NCBI GenBank assembly: GCA_018672055.1
Contig: JABHGM010000001.1
Coordinates: 72,884-136,883, forward strand
DNA: 64,000 nt
Source of the DNA: a bacterium
GTDB lineage: Bacteria > Patescibacteriota > Patescibacteriia > UBA1558 > UBA10009
Reading direction: 5' to 3'
Shown: one piece after another, positions 49,290 to 58,340 of the stretch
Layout: every line of letters begins with the position of its first letter
Numbering within the stretch: position 1 is the stretch's first letter
Made by a program: the position numbers and the translations under genes
The notes under the pieces: generated by a model
Database searches by the model: none
What the model saw: the letters and a program-made list of their open reading frames with translations, nothing else
Told to the model about the DNA's origin: nothing

Positions 49290-49318
49290 AGTATATACCT
49301 TTTAGAATAAGTGGTCAA
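49290..49318 (-). promoter_or_regulatory. Promoter of the deaminase-argH-pyrDKE operon
   Basis: TTGACC-17-TATACT. Confidence 0.75.
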
Positions 49319-49364
49319 CAAAGAAAAAAGAGGTCTTTGTAAGTAAAAAACCTCCTATAATTAT

Positions 49365-49820
49365 TTATGCAACTAAAGATGCATTTTTATTTTTAACAAA
49401 TAAACCATAGATATAATCTCTATAACAATCATCGCTCCTCTCCTTTGGTGGCCTATAAATCAAAATATTGCTTTCATAAGGAAATACCCAGTTTGAACGA
49501 CTTTTTATACAAAAAACTACATAGTCAAGTATTTCAAAATCCTCTATAGCTTGATGAATCTGGCTTAAGAGTTCTATTTTATCATTAAAATATTCAATTT
49601 GTTTAACTTTAGAATGCCTACCTTCCGTTGAAGTCTTTATCCATGTATCACATGACATAGTAGTATTTTTCAAAAAACTGGTATTAAAGATTGACTCCTC
49701 AGCATAGTCAACAATAATATTCGTATACTCATGATGTTGGATTGGCATAATAGCCCATAGCCATGGAAAGTCCTTAATCATGTTATTATATGCTCTTATA
49801 CTCTTACGATCTGTATTCAT
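49365..49820 (-). CDS. Orphan protein (start probably ATG 49820; track starts at 49922)
   Basis: SD GGAG before MNTDRK; promoter TTGATA-17-TATATT around 49924-49952; hairpins in the leader. Confidence 0.65.
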   Translation of the reverse strand: MNTDRKSIRAYNNMIKDFPWLWAIMPIQHHEYTNIIVDYAEESIFNTSFLKNTTMSCDTWIKTSTEGRHSKVKQIEYFNDKIELLSQIHQAIEDFEILDYVVFCIKSRSNWVFPYESNILIYRPPKERSDDCYRDYIYGLFVKNKNASLVA

Positions 49821-50013
49821 CTCTGAACTCCGTTCTTTGAGCCCTCCGGGCTCTGATTTGAATGTACATTTGCACCAACTTAGTGCTTTTAGTGCTAAAA
49901 CCATATTTTCAGCATTATCCATAATATACTATATATTATATTATTTATCAATTATGATCTTTAATCAAAAAACTCCTCTTCTCGAGGAGCTATTTTAATT
50001 ACTAATATAAACC

Positions 50014-50706
50014 TTATTCCCAACCTTTGGCTAATAAGCCTTCTTTAGCTGCATCCATTTGAGCTTCTTGCTTAGAAGTACCTTTACCTTCAGCAACTAT
50101 CTCATTTTTAATATATACACCCATTTTAAAATATTTATTATGGTCAGGGCCTGTTTCTTTTAAAACTCTGTAATTTGGCGTAACACTAAATATTTCTTGT
50201 GACTTTTCTTGAAATCTACTTTTTGGATCTAAGTATAGATTATTTTCTAAAATATTTGGTAATTTATCTAAAACGTTATTTGTAATAAACTCTTTAGCCA
50301 TATCATAACCTTGATCTAAATAAATAGCTCCAATAACCGCTTCCATAGCATTAGCTAGAATATAGTTACGAGCTTTAGGATTTACATCTTTAGCTTCACC
50401 TTTACTCATATAAAGATAATCTTCTATTTCTAAAGATTTAGCGATGTCTGCTAAAATTTTAGCATTTACTAAAGCTGCTCTCCAGTTAGTAAGCTCCCCT
50501 TCTGGATTTGGATAATTATTATATAAATAATCTGTTACTATAAGTTCCAAAACAGCGTCACCTAAAAATTCAAGTCTTTCGTTATGATCTAATTTAAAAC
50601 TTTTATGCTCATTTAAATATGATCTATGAACAACTGAAGACTTTAATAAATCTTGGTTCTTAAATTTAACTCCTAATATTTTTTCAAACTTTTTAAAAGT
50701 TTTCAT
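50014..50706 (-). CDS. rnc: Ribonuclease III
   Basis: NERLEFLGDAVLEL signature and C-terminal dsRBD. Confidence 0.97.
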   Translation of the reverse strand: MKTFKKFEKILGVKFKNQDLLKSSVVHRSYLNEHKSFKLDHNERLEFLGDAVLELIVTDYLYNNYPNPEGELTNWRAALVNAKILADIAKSLEIEDYLYMSKGEAKDVNPKARNYILANAMEAVIGAIYLDQGYDMAKEFITNNVLDKLPNILENNLYLDPKSRFQEKSQEIFSVTPNYRVLKETGPDHNKYFKMGVYIKNEIVAEGKGTSKQEAQMDAAKEGLLAKGWE

Positions 50707-50707
50707 C

Positions 50708-51571
50708 TTATTTAAGTTTTAATATTTCTAAAGCTTTAACAAATATTTCTTTAGCATTCTCGTAACCTATTGTTTCAAGTAATTGTTCCATATCTAACCA
50801 CTTAACATCTTGAACTCCTGGCTCATCAGGTATCTTTAAATCTATATCTGTTGTTTCGAATAGATAATAATGAACTGTTTTAGGTACAGCTCTTTTATTA
50901 GGTTCATTTACTTTAATATCAATACTGCCTAAATATCCTTTATTATCTAATTTTTTAACGCCTACTTCTTCGCTTACCTCACGAACAGCTGCTTTTTCTT
51001 GATCTTCATTTTCTTCAATATGTCCTTTAGGAAAAGTCCATTTATCATAGGCATCATAAATCATTACAAACTTATAATCATCACCTTCTTTTCTATAGAC
51101 TACGCCACCAGCACTATATTCACGAACTGGCTCTTTTTCTAATTCTTTCTTCTCGCCTTTTTCTTGCATATCTTTGTAAATGCTACCAAGCACTCCATTA
51201 ATAAACTTCCCAGCAGAAATACCACTATATGTTTTAGCAAGTTCAATTGATTCATTAATTGCTACTTTAGGCGGAATATCTTGAGCGTATTTTAACTCAT
51301 AGATACCTATTCTTAAAACATTTCTATCAACTGGAGTTATTTGATCTAAGGGCCATTCAGGAGCATATTTTATAATAAGAGCATCAATATCTTTAATTTT
51401 ACTTATTAATTCTTCAACTAAGTGATCAGCAAATCCCTGATCATCAAAATCAGGAGCAAATTCACTCTTATTAAATTCTAAAAGTTTTTTTAAATTCTCT
51501 TTTTGTTGGTTAAAATCCCATTGAAAGAGACTTTGTAGAACTAAAGTTCTAGCTAGATGTCTATTGGACAT
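50708..51571 (-). CDS. nusB: NusB fused to a C-terminal Nudix hydrolase
   Basis: R..AR...LQ.L.Q, DRNVLR, VAINESIELAK and FINGVLG motifs; Nudix box GHIEENEDQEKAAVREVSEEVGV. Confidence 0.92.
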   Translation of the reverse strand: MSNRHLARTLVLQSLFQWDFNQQKENLKKLLEFNKSEFAPDFDDQGFADHLVEELISKIKDIDALIIKYAPEWPLDQITPVDRNVLRIGIYELKYAQDIPPKVAINESIELAKTYSGISAGKFINGVLGSIYKDMQEKGEKKELEKEPVREYSAGGVVYRKEGDDYKFVMIYDAYDKWTFPKGHIEENEDQEKAAVREVSEEVGVKKLDNKGYLGSIDIKVNEPNKRAVPKTVHYYLFETTDIDLKIPDEPGVQDVKWLDMEQLLETIGYENAKEIFVKALEILKLK

Positions 51572-51573
51572 AT

Positions 51574-51774
51574 TTATTTTTTATTTTTATCTAATTTAGT
51601 TTTTTTCTTAACAACTTCTTTACCTTTGTAAAAACCACAATTATCACAAACCATATGTGGCATAACTGGTTTTTCACAATTACTACATTTCATATGATTA
51701 GCTTTATTTAAAGCAAAATGAGAAGCTCTTCTCTTTTTAGATGCTTTAGTTCTTTTCTGTGTAGGTGTTCCCAT
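51574..51774 (-). CDS. rpmF: 50S ribosomal protein L32
   Basis: RRASH..L...CSNC....PH.VCDNCGFYKG. Confidence 0.95.
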   Translation of the reverse strand: MGTPTQKRTKASKKRRASHFALNKANHMKCSNCEKPVMPHMVCDNCGFYKGKEVVKKKTKLDKNKK

Positions 51775-51900
51775 ACTTTTTATTTATTATTGATTAATTT
51801 AAGCTCTATCTTACACAATTACTTATTATATGTCAAATATTTAGTATTTATCTATTTAGCTAATATTAGCCAAATATTTCTATATTATCGACCCTATCTC

Positions 51901-51928
51901 TTGACAAATATCTAGCATCTGATATACT
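51901..51928 (+). promoter_or_regulatory. Promoter of the putative ncRNA
   Basis: TTGACA-16-TATACT with extended TG. Confidence 0.7.
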
Positions 51929-51934
51929 GGAATA

Positions 51935-52084
51935 TCCCTTAACTGATCTAAGTTTGCTTCTGCGTCCACGACAAGCATGGGGATTATTGCTAGCGCCACT
52001 TATCTGGCTTACGAGTTTACTTGTTTGCTTGATCGGTGCTTACAATAATTTTCTTGGACGCAGTAATAAGCTTAGGTCTTTTTT
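51935..52084 (+). ncRNA. Structured rod-like ncRNA (6S-like candidate)
   Basis: Nested pairings 51945-55/52068-78, 51960-68/52055-63, GGGATTATTG/CAATAATTTT and AGCGCC/GGTGCT. G-U wobbles favour the + strand; ends in a T-tract; GC-richer than its flanks. Confidence 0.7.
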
Positions 52085-52085
52085 G

Positions 52086-53930
52086 TTACTCTAAAATTTC
52101 ATCAGTTGAAGTAGATAATTCTTCAACACCAATTAAACATCTAGCCGGCCAAGCCACATAATGGGAACTAAAACGTTCTTCCTGAATATTACCATCTGGA
52201 TAAGTTACTTTGTAATCAAAGTAGGCATCTGCTCCATTATGAGCACTTTCTGTACAATTAGTTTTCCCTACTTCAAGTTCAGTAGTTTCAATATACTGAA
52301 TAGGTCCAGGTGAGGTAATATTATATATTGTAGGATCAGTTCTTTCAGATACTCTACCATCAGTCGTTCCCCAAAAATCAAAATATAAATCATCACCTTC
52401 AATACGATACTGAATTAAAACATTATTCTCAGTATCGTTTTTAAATTTAAAATCAGGATAAGGATCATAAATAGTAGCATCAGTACCAGCTGGTTCATAG
52501 TATGAAACTCTATATGAATGATTACGTCTAGCAGTAACGGGTAAACCAGAACCTAAAACTGCTCTAAAAACTGTAGTTCCAATCTGGCATAAACCACCAC
52601 CGTATTCTGGAATTGTCTTATTACCTTTAATAACTAATTCTTGTAAATAACCAGTAGCTCCATTTATATCCCCTAAGGCATCAATTAAAGAAAATTCTTC
52701 ACCTGGTGATATTAATAATCCAGAGATACTCTCAGCACCTATCCGTATATTATGTCTCCTATTTCTAGGACTACCTGAAAAATTAGAATGACCAGTACCT
52801 ATTATTTCAGTAATACCCATATCATTAACTTCACCAGTTTCAATTTTAGCTTTAGTTTCAATTACTACAAGATCAATTTCTGATATTTTATTTATTAAAA
52901 AATCTTCTTCTATTTTCTCTAAGCTTCTTAAATTATCTAACTCCAAACCATCTTGACTACCTACAAATTCAACTACCCTGCCATCAACTATTTCAAATTT
53001 AGCATCAAGTGTTGGTTGATATATATTAGGTGCTACATAGGTATCTAAATAATTAAAAGTAGAAGATGCTTTAAAACCATAACCTATTTTATCATCATGC
53101 TTTTTAAAGATTAACCAATCTTTAAAAATAGAATTAGTAATAGCCCAATTATCATCATTATATACAAGCATAAAAGTAGAAGTAGCGATTATTTCTTCCA
53201 AGCCATTTAGTACTTCTTGATTAATATCATTTTCTAAAATTAAGGGTTCATCAATTGCTAAACTTAGATTAATTGTATCTAAACTTAGATTATTAATTCT
53301 TTCAATAGTGCTTGTTAAAATTAAATCATAATCAAAAGTAGTACCTGCTTGTTCAGGTAAAATAGATATTTCAAAAATATCATTTATAACTGGTCTTGCT
53401 TCTTTTTTAGGTTTAGAAAATTGTTTAAAATTATCTTCTAATATATTAAGAAGTTCTTCCTTATTTAATTCATAATTAAGAGAAATATTTTTACCAAAAG
53501 TAAGAGCCCACATTTGTTTAAAGAAGTTAAGATGATAGCCTTCTTCTCTGCCTATTAAATATGCTTCATTTATAGTATCTTCAATATTAAAATTAATTAA
53601 ACTATACGAAGCATCAGGATCAGAAGTAGCAGGTAATGTTGGATAAATAACTATTTCCTGATCTTGATAGTTATATACTAAACCTTGTTTTAAAAACTCA
53701 TCAACTTGTTTTTGAAACTTAGTAATAGCTACTTGTTTATTTAAACCTTTTAATTCTTGATTATTAATAGTAACTCCTTTAAAAAAAGTAAATGAATGTG
53801 CTTTATTATATGTTAAAGCAAACATAATAACTAAAGTAGCTGTAATTAAAAAAATGGTTGCTATATAAAGGAACCATTTCATAATTTGAAAGCCTAGTTT
53901 ATTATTTTCACTTTTTAATATTTTCTGCAT
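52086..53930 (-). CDS. VanW-family protein with N-terminal TM and PG-binding-like repeats
   Basis: R.HNI, PGEEFS, GGGLCQ..TT, RRNHS..V.YY and DFKFKNDT motifs. Confidence 0.9.
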   Translation of the reverse strand: MQKILKSENNKLGFQIMKWFLYIATIFLITATLVIMFALTYNKAHSFTFFKGVTINNQELKGLNKQVAITKFQKQVDEFLKQGLVYNYQDQEIVIYPTLPATSDPDASYSLINFNIEDTINEAYLIGREEGYHLNFFKQMWALTFGKNISLNYELNKEELLNILEDNFKQFSKPKKEARPVINDIFEISILPEQAGTTFDYDLILTSTIERINNLSLDTINLSLAIDEPLILENDINQEVLNGLEEIIATSTFMLVYNDDNWAITNSIFKDWLIFKKHDDKIGYGFKASSTFNYLDTYVAPNIYQPTLDAKFEIVDGRVVEFVGSQDGLELDNLRSLEKIEEDFLINKISEIDLVVIETKAKIETGEVNDMGITEIIGTGHSNFSGSPRNRRHNIRIGAESISGLLISPGEEFSLIDALGDINGATGYLQELVIKGNKTIPEYGGGLCQIGTTVFRAVLGSGLPVTARRNHSYRVSYYEPAGTDATIYDPYPDFKFKNDTENNVLIQYRIEGDDLYFDFWGTTDGRVSERTDPTIYNITSPGPIQYIETTELEVGKTNCTESAHNGADAYFDYKVTYPDGNIQEERFSSHYVAWPARCLIGVEELSTSTDEILE

Positions 53931-54147
53931 TTAAAATATTATTTAACATTATTCTAGCCATTTCTTCTTTATCAGCTAACTCATTATTATTAGTTGATAA
54001 AGTAATTCTAACTCTAGTATTTACTGTAACTTCTTCACTTAAATTTTTAATGGGCCAAAGAACATGACTCTTATCATCTAATGATATATCTGCGTGTTTA
54101 TCTTGAAATCCTTCTATCACGCCCTTAACAGTAGATGAGCTTTCCAT
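53908..54147 (-). CDS. Small hypothetical protein (OB-like, DUF3006-like)
   Basis: 79-aa ORF coupled between hsp20 and the VanW gene. Confidence 0.6.
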   Translation of the reverse strand: MESSSTVKGVIEGFQDKHADISLDDKSHVLWPIKNLSEEVTVNTRVRITLSTNNNELADKEEMARIMLNNILNAENIKK

Positions 54148-54148
54148 A

Positions 54149-54634
54149 TTATTTATCTTCTTTAACTTTTATAGATACAGATTTAGCTTTAACATTTGTA
54201 ACCTTTGGTAAAGTAACAGTTAAAACGCCATTTTTTAAAGCAGCGTCTACTCTATCAGCTTTAATTTCAACAGGTAAAATAATTGATCTAGAAAAACCAC
54301 CCCAATAGCATTCTTGATAGAAATAATCGTCTTCATTAACCTGATGCTCAAACTCTCTTCTACCACGTATAGTAACCATATCGTTATTTATAGCAATATC
54401 AATATCTTCTGGTTTTACCCCAGCAATAGTAGATTTAATAACAATAGCTTCATCTGTTTGAAAAACATCAACACTAAGCTGACCTTCTTCATAATTATCA
54501 TCCATCCATGATTCATCTTCAGCATCACCTGATGTAGTAACTTCTGTTTCTTTATTACTATCACTTGTTAAAAAGAAATCTTCTTCTTCGCTTTGATTCT
54601 TTTTTTTAGACTTACCTTTAGTAAAAATCTTCAT
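54149..54634 (-). CDS. Small heat shock protein Hsp20
   Basis: VDVFQT..IAGVK.EDIDI, FSRSIILP and A.LKNGVLTVTLPK motifs. Confidence 0.93.
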   Translation of the reverse strand: MKIFTKGKSKKKNQSEEEDFFLTSDSNKETEVTTSGDAEDESWMDDNYEEGQLSVDVFQTDEAIVIKSTIAGVKPEDIDIAINNDMVTIRGRREFEHQVNEDDYFYQECYWGGFSRSIILPVEIKADRVDAALKNGVLTVTLPKVTNVKAKSVSIKVKEDK

Positions 54635-54711
54635 ATTTATATATATTTAATGCATTAATTATACAAGATTTTAGAGTAATAGTAAATAAATAGCTGTGGA
54701 TTATATATATT

Positions 54712-54745
54712 AATAAAAGCAGTACCGAAGTACTGCTTTTTATTG
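54712..54745. terminator. Intrinsic terminator
   Basis: AAAAGCAGTAC-CGAA-GTACTGCTTTT. Confidence 0.8.
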
Positions 54746-54862
54746 GGATGAGATTACATATCAACAATAAATTTTCAACCAAAATTTAATAATAATGACC
54801 GTTATTTATTCTTATGTATCTTTATGTGCAGTATGACTAATTAATAGCCATATTAATATTAG

Positions 54863-55006
54863 CTAAGTGAATCCACTATTTGCAATACACCATGTTGTGT
54901 GTAGTGTCCGCGGGATGCAACGCTGTTTACAAATACCGAGTTTTTCCAGTCGTGAATTCAACTTAACAAGGATATATGTGTATGGATAAATTAAATTATC
55001 ATTCAT
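54863..55006 (-). CDS. Unannotated 47-aa ORF or decayed orphan gene
   Basis: TTGACT-17-TATATT promoter and SD TAGGAGG; MNDNLIYPYTYILVKLNSRLEKLGICKQRCIPRTLHTTWCIANSGFT*. Confidence 0.5.
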   Translation of the reverse strand: MNDNLIYPYTYILVKLNSRLEKLGICKQRCIPRTLHTTWCIANSGFT

Positions 55007-55141
55007 ACTTTTTCCTCCTAAAGTTAAATTGCTTAACTAATATATACCTATGTTATAAATAAGTCAAGAAATGAAATAAAAAAGGCATAATCTATATTTA
55101 AGAAAATGCCTTATTAATAAAGCCTAGATAGCTTCAATTTT

Positions 55142-55834
55142 TTATTGTGTCATCATTTCTGCTCCACCAAGCAATACTTCTTTAAGTGCTTCACTTTCAT
55201 CTTTTTTATCAGAGACAATAATGTCAACCTTAGAATATTGCTCTCTAACAATCAAATAAAAACTATCACCATCTAATACAGCGCTCTGTAATTTCAAAGC
55301 AAATTCAATATGATGTTTCCAAAGTTTATTAAAAGCATCTCTATCAATAAACCAAAATTCCTTTTCACTATTCATTAATCTTTTATATGCTTCAATCACT
55401 TCTGGATGCAATTCATCAGGCCCAACTTTTTTGTTCCTAGTCACCCATGTTTCGTGTGTTGCTATCGGATGAATGAAATCAAAACCTGAATGCGTTTCCT
55501 CATGGTAATAATCAGGATCAAATCTGGTATTATCTAATGCAAGTGAAATAATAGAAAAAGTAAAATAAGTTTTTTTAATTAATTCTCCATTTTCTATCAC
55601 ATTTTCGCGAAACATTTTACAACTATTGAATCCTTGGCAGGTCAATAAACAAAAACTAGGTAATTCGTCTGGAAAAGTAACTTTTCCATATATACGATTA
55701 TCTATAACCACTGGTAAGTTATCTCCTTTTTCTATACCAACTGATTTAGCAGTCTCGCCATGCAAAGAACATTGTGAAAAAAATCTAGTTTTAAATTTGT
55801 CTCTACTACAAATTGATATAATTTTAGATTCCAC
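55142..55834 (-). CDS. Orphan protein with a Cys cluster in its N-terminal part
   Basis: GTG start with SD TAAGGAG; own TTGACT promoter and terminator (about 55078-55112). Confidence 0.7.
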   Translation of the reverse strand: MESKIISICSRDKFKTRFFSQCSLHGETAKSVGIEKGDNLPVVIDNRIYGKVTFPDELPSFCLLTCQGFNSCKMFRENVIENGELIKKTYFTFSIISLALDNTRFDPDYYHEETHSGFDFIHPIATHETWVTRNKKVGPDELHPEVIEAYKRLMNSEKEFWFIDRDAFNKLWKHHIEFALKLQSAVLDGDSFYLIVREQYSKVDIIVSDKKDESEALKEVLLGGAEMMTQ

Positions 55835-55898
55835 TTTAAATCTCCTTATTTATTTTCAAGTTACTATTGCTTTTTTAACACTATATAGTGTATAAGTC

Positions 55899-55930
55899 AA
55901 GAACTTAAAGGTAATACCTTTAAGTTCTTT
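55899..55930. terminator. Terminator
   Basis: AAGAACTTAAAGGT-AAT-ACCTTTAAGTTCTT. Confidence 0.8.
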
Positions 55931-55953
55931 TATCTTAAATTTATTTTTATCTA

Positions 55954-56676
55954 TTACTGTCCGAGTATAATTAAGACTTCTGCTTCACTTTCTAATTCAC
56001 CTTCTGGAAAACCTTCAACTAATTCCAAGCCTAATGTTTGAGCAAAAACAGCTATTGCATCTTGCTTCTCACCTTCTGTTAAATCATAAATTACAGTTGT
56101 AGCATAATCTTTTTTATTAGCATCACCTACATTAACAACTTCAAATAATTCAACAGCTCTAATTTGATCAGCTAGAATACCTGCTTGACCAGCAACTGTT
56201 GTACCATTTCTAATATCAAAAGTAAGAGATACGTCTGATAAAGGTTCTGCTGCTTCTTCAGTTTGAACAGCGCCTACTTTTATTATCATATCTGTACTTG
56301 GTCTGTAAATTATAGCTTGATCAGAATAAACAATTAATTGATCATCATTATTAGCTAAAGCAAAAAATGGTTGCTGTTGTTTTAAAGTTTCTACATCTTC
56401 AATAACTATTATATTAGATTCACCATCTGGTAAGACCATATGCTTAGATAACATGCTTAAAACATCAATAGGAGCATCTGATAGCTGATCTTCAGCTATA
56501 TTCTCGTCTGTATTTTGCGTATTTAAATAAGAAAGTCCATAAACTATAGCTGCGACTACAATAATAGCTATAACTATTGCTATAATCCAGCCTGTTATAC
56601 CCTTCTCTTTTCCATTATTTTCAGTCTTTTTTATTTTTATTATTGGTTTTTTTTCATCTGATTTTGATTGTTGCAT
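55954..56676 (-). CDS. Membrane-anchored LytR C-terminal domain protein
   Basis: TM segment, then IRNGTT.AG.A, VGDA...Y.TT.IYD and C-terminal IILG. Confidence 0.8.
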   Translation of the reverse strand: MQQSKSDEKKPIIKIKKTENNGKEKGITGWIIAIVIAIIVVAAIVYGLSYLNTQNTDENIAEDQLSDAPIDVLSMLSKHMVLPDGESNIIVIEDVETLKQQQPFFALANNDDQLIVYSDQAIIYRPSTDMIIKVGAVQTEEAAEPLSDVSLTFDIRNGTTVAGQAGILADQIRAVELFEVVNVGDANKKDYATTVIYDLTEGEKQDAIAVFAQTLGLELVEGFPEGELESEAEVLIILGQ

Positions 56677-56766
56677 ATATTTATTTAAATATTTAGTGAA
56701 TATATCTTAACATAATCAAATTATGAGTCAAATAAAAAACATCATATATATTATATGGTGTTTTTA

Positions 56767-56841
56767 TGGTACCGCCACGGGGAATCGAACCCCGGTCTCC
56801 AGGATGAAAACCTGGTGTCCTAACCACTAGACGATGGCGGC
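56767..56841 (-). tRNA. tRNA-Glu (TTC)
   Basis: Reverse complement reads GCCGCCATCGTCTAGTGGTTAGGAC-A-CCAGG-TTTTCAT-CCTGG...GGTTCGATTCC...ACCA. Confidence 0.95.
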
Positions 56842-56925
56842 GTAACAATTGATAATTATACGGATTTTTTAATAAAAGTCAAGACTCTTTTATTAATATC
56901 AAAAAGTGCTACAATAGTAACTAAT

Positions 56926-58143
56926 ATGAAACTATCAAAAAGAGCTGAAAATATGCCAGAAAGTCCAATTAGAAAATTGGCTGAGTATGGAATCAAAGCT
57001 CAAAAAAAAGGTATTAAAATCTATCATTTAAATATTGGTCAACCAGACTTAGGTCCGCCACCAATTGTTTATGATTATTTAAATAAATATGATGATAAAT
57101 GTATAGCCTATAGTCATTCTAAGGGTGAGCAAGAGTATTTAGATGCTTTAGTAAAATACTATCATGACTTAGGACATACTGATTTAAGTTCAAATAACTT
57201 TATTGCTACTCTAGGTGGCAGTGAAGCAATTCTCTGGTCTATAATGACAGTAGCAGATCCAGGAGATGAAATTTTAACTTTTGAACCTTTCTATACTAAC
57301 TACCATAGTTACTGCACTATGGCTGATATAAAACTAGTGCCAATTGAAACAAAAATTGAAACTGGGTTTCATTTACCAAGTAAAGAGGAGATTATAAAAA
57401 AGATTAGTAATAAAACAAAAGCCATATTAATTTGTAATCCTAATAATCCTACTGGAACAATTTATAATCATAAAGAATTAACTATGGTTTACGATATCTG
57501 TAAAGAAAATAATATACTTCTTTTAAGTGATGAAGTATATCGCGAATTTAGTTATGATGGTCATGAAGTTATCTCTGCTCTAACTATTGAAAAAGAATTA
57601 GAACCAAATACAGATGATAGTAGAGTAATAATACTAGATAGTTTTTCAAAAAGATTTTCTTTATGTGGAGCTAGAATAGGTTTTGCTTGCTCTAGGAATC
57701 AAAAAATTATGGATGTTATGCTTAGATATGGTCAATCACGTTTAGCTGCTTCCTCCATAATTCAACAAATGACTACAGAAGCAATTAATAAAAATATTGA
57801 TTATATAAAAAAAGTAGTTGATAAATTTTCTGAACAAAGACAAGCCTTAATCAATGGATTAAAAAAAATAGACGGAGTAATTTTTCAAGAACCAGAAGGT
57901 GCTTTTTATATAATAGCTAAGCTGCCAGTTGATGATGCTGAAAAATTTTCTAAATGGTTACTTACAGATTATAATGATAAGAATGAAACAATTATGTTAG
58001 CTCCAGCTAATGGCTTCTATCTAACTGAAGGTTTGGGTAAGGATGAAGTTAGAATAGCTTATGTTTTGAAAAAAGATGATTTAGTAAGAGCTATGGAAAT
58101 ACTTAATTTAGCCATTTCAAAATGGAAAACAATTAATCATTAA
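56926..58143 (+). CDS. PLP-dependent class I aminotransferase (aspartate aminotransferase-like)
   Basis: NIGQPD, NPNNPTG, SDEVY and SFSKRFSLCGARIG motifs. Confidence 0.92.
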   Translation: MKLSKRAENMPESPIRKLAEYGIKAQKKGIKIYHLNIGQPDLGPPPIVYDYLNKYDDKCIAYSHSKGEQEYLDALVKYYHDLGHTDLSSNNFIATLGGSEAILWSIMTVADPGDEILTFEPFYTNYHSYCTMADIKLVPIETKIETGFHLPSKEEIIKKISNKTKAILICNPNNPTGTIYNHKELTMVYDICKENNILLLSDEVYREFSYDGHEVISALTIEKELEPNTDDSRVIILDSFSKRFSLCGARIGFACSRNQKIMDVMLRYGQSRLAASSIIQQMTTEAINKNIDYIKKVVDKFSEQRQALINGLKKIDGVIFQEPEGAFYIIAKLPVDDAEKFSKWLLTDYNDKNETIMLAPANGFYLTEGLGKDEVRIAYVLKKDDLVRAMEILNLAISKWKTINH

Positions 58144-58155
58144 TCATACATTAAT

Positions 58156-58260
58156 ATGGAAGATGCAAAATGTTCATGCGAGTGTGAAGCTTGCGGCTCA
58201 GGAAGCTGTAATAAATGTGAATCATGTAATGGTTGTAAATGTGCTAGTTGTAAGTGCTAA
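58156..58260 (+). CDS. Unannotated metallothionein-like peptide (34 aa, 11 Cys)
   Basis: MEDAKCSCECEACGSGSCNKCESCNGCKCASCKC*; starts 12 nt after the aminotransferase stop and is followed by a terminator. Confidence 0.8.
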   Translation: MEDAKCSCECEACGSGSCNKCESCNGCKCASCKC

Positions 58261-58265
58261 GATAT

Positions 58266-58300
58266 AAAAAAGACTTAAGTTTTTAAACTTAAGTCTTTTT
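58266..58300 (+). terminator. Intrinsic terminator
   Basis: AAAAAGACTTAAGTTT...AAACTTAAGTCTTTTT. Confidence 0.85.
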
Positions 58301-58340
58301 AATTTGATATTTTTTAAATTAAAGATATAATACAAGATAT

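Noticed and set aside
49160-49290. PyrR-binding leader
   Set aside because: No ARUCCNGNGAGGYU motif is present; uORF attenuation fits better.
51935-52084. SRP RNA, tmRNA or RNase P RNA
   Set aside because: It has no CAGG..GGAA..GCAG domain IV motif and no tRNA-like ends, and it is too short for RNase P.
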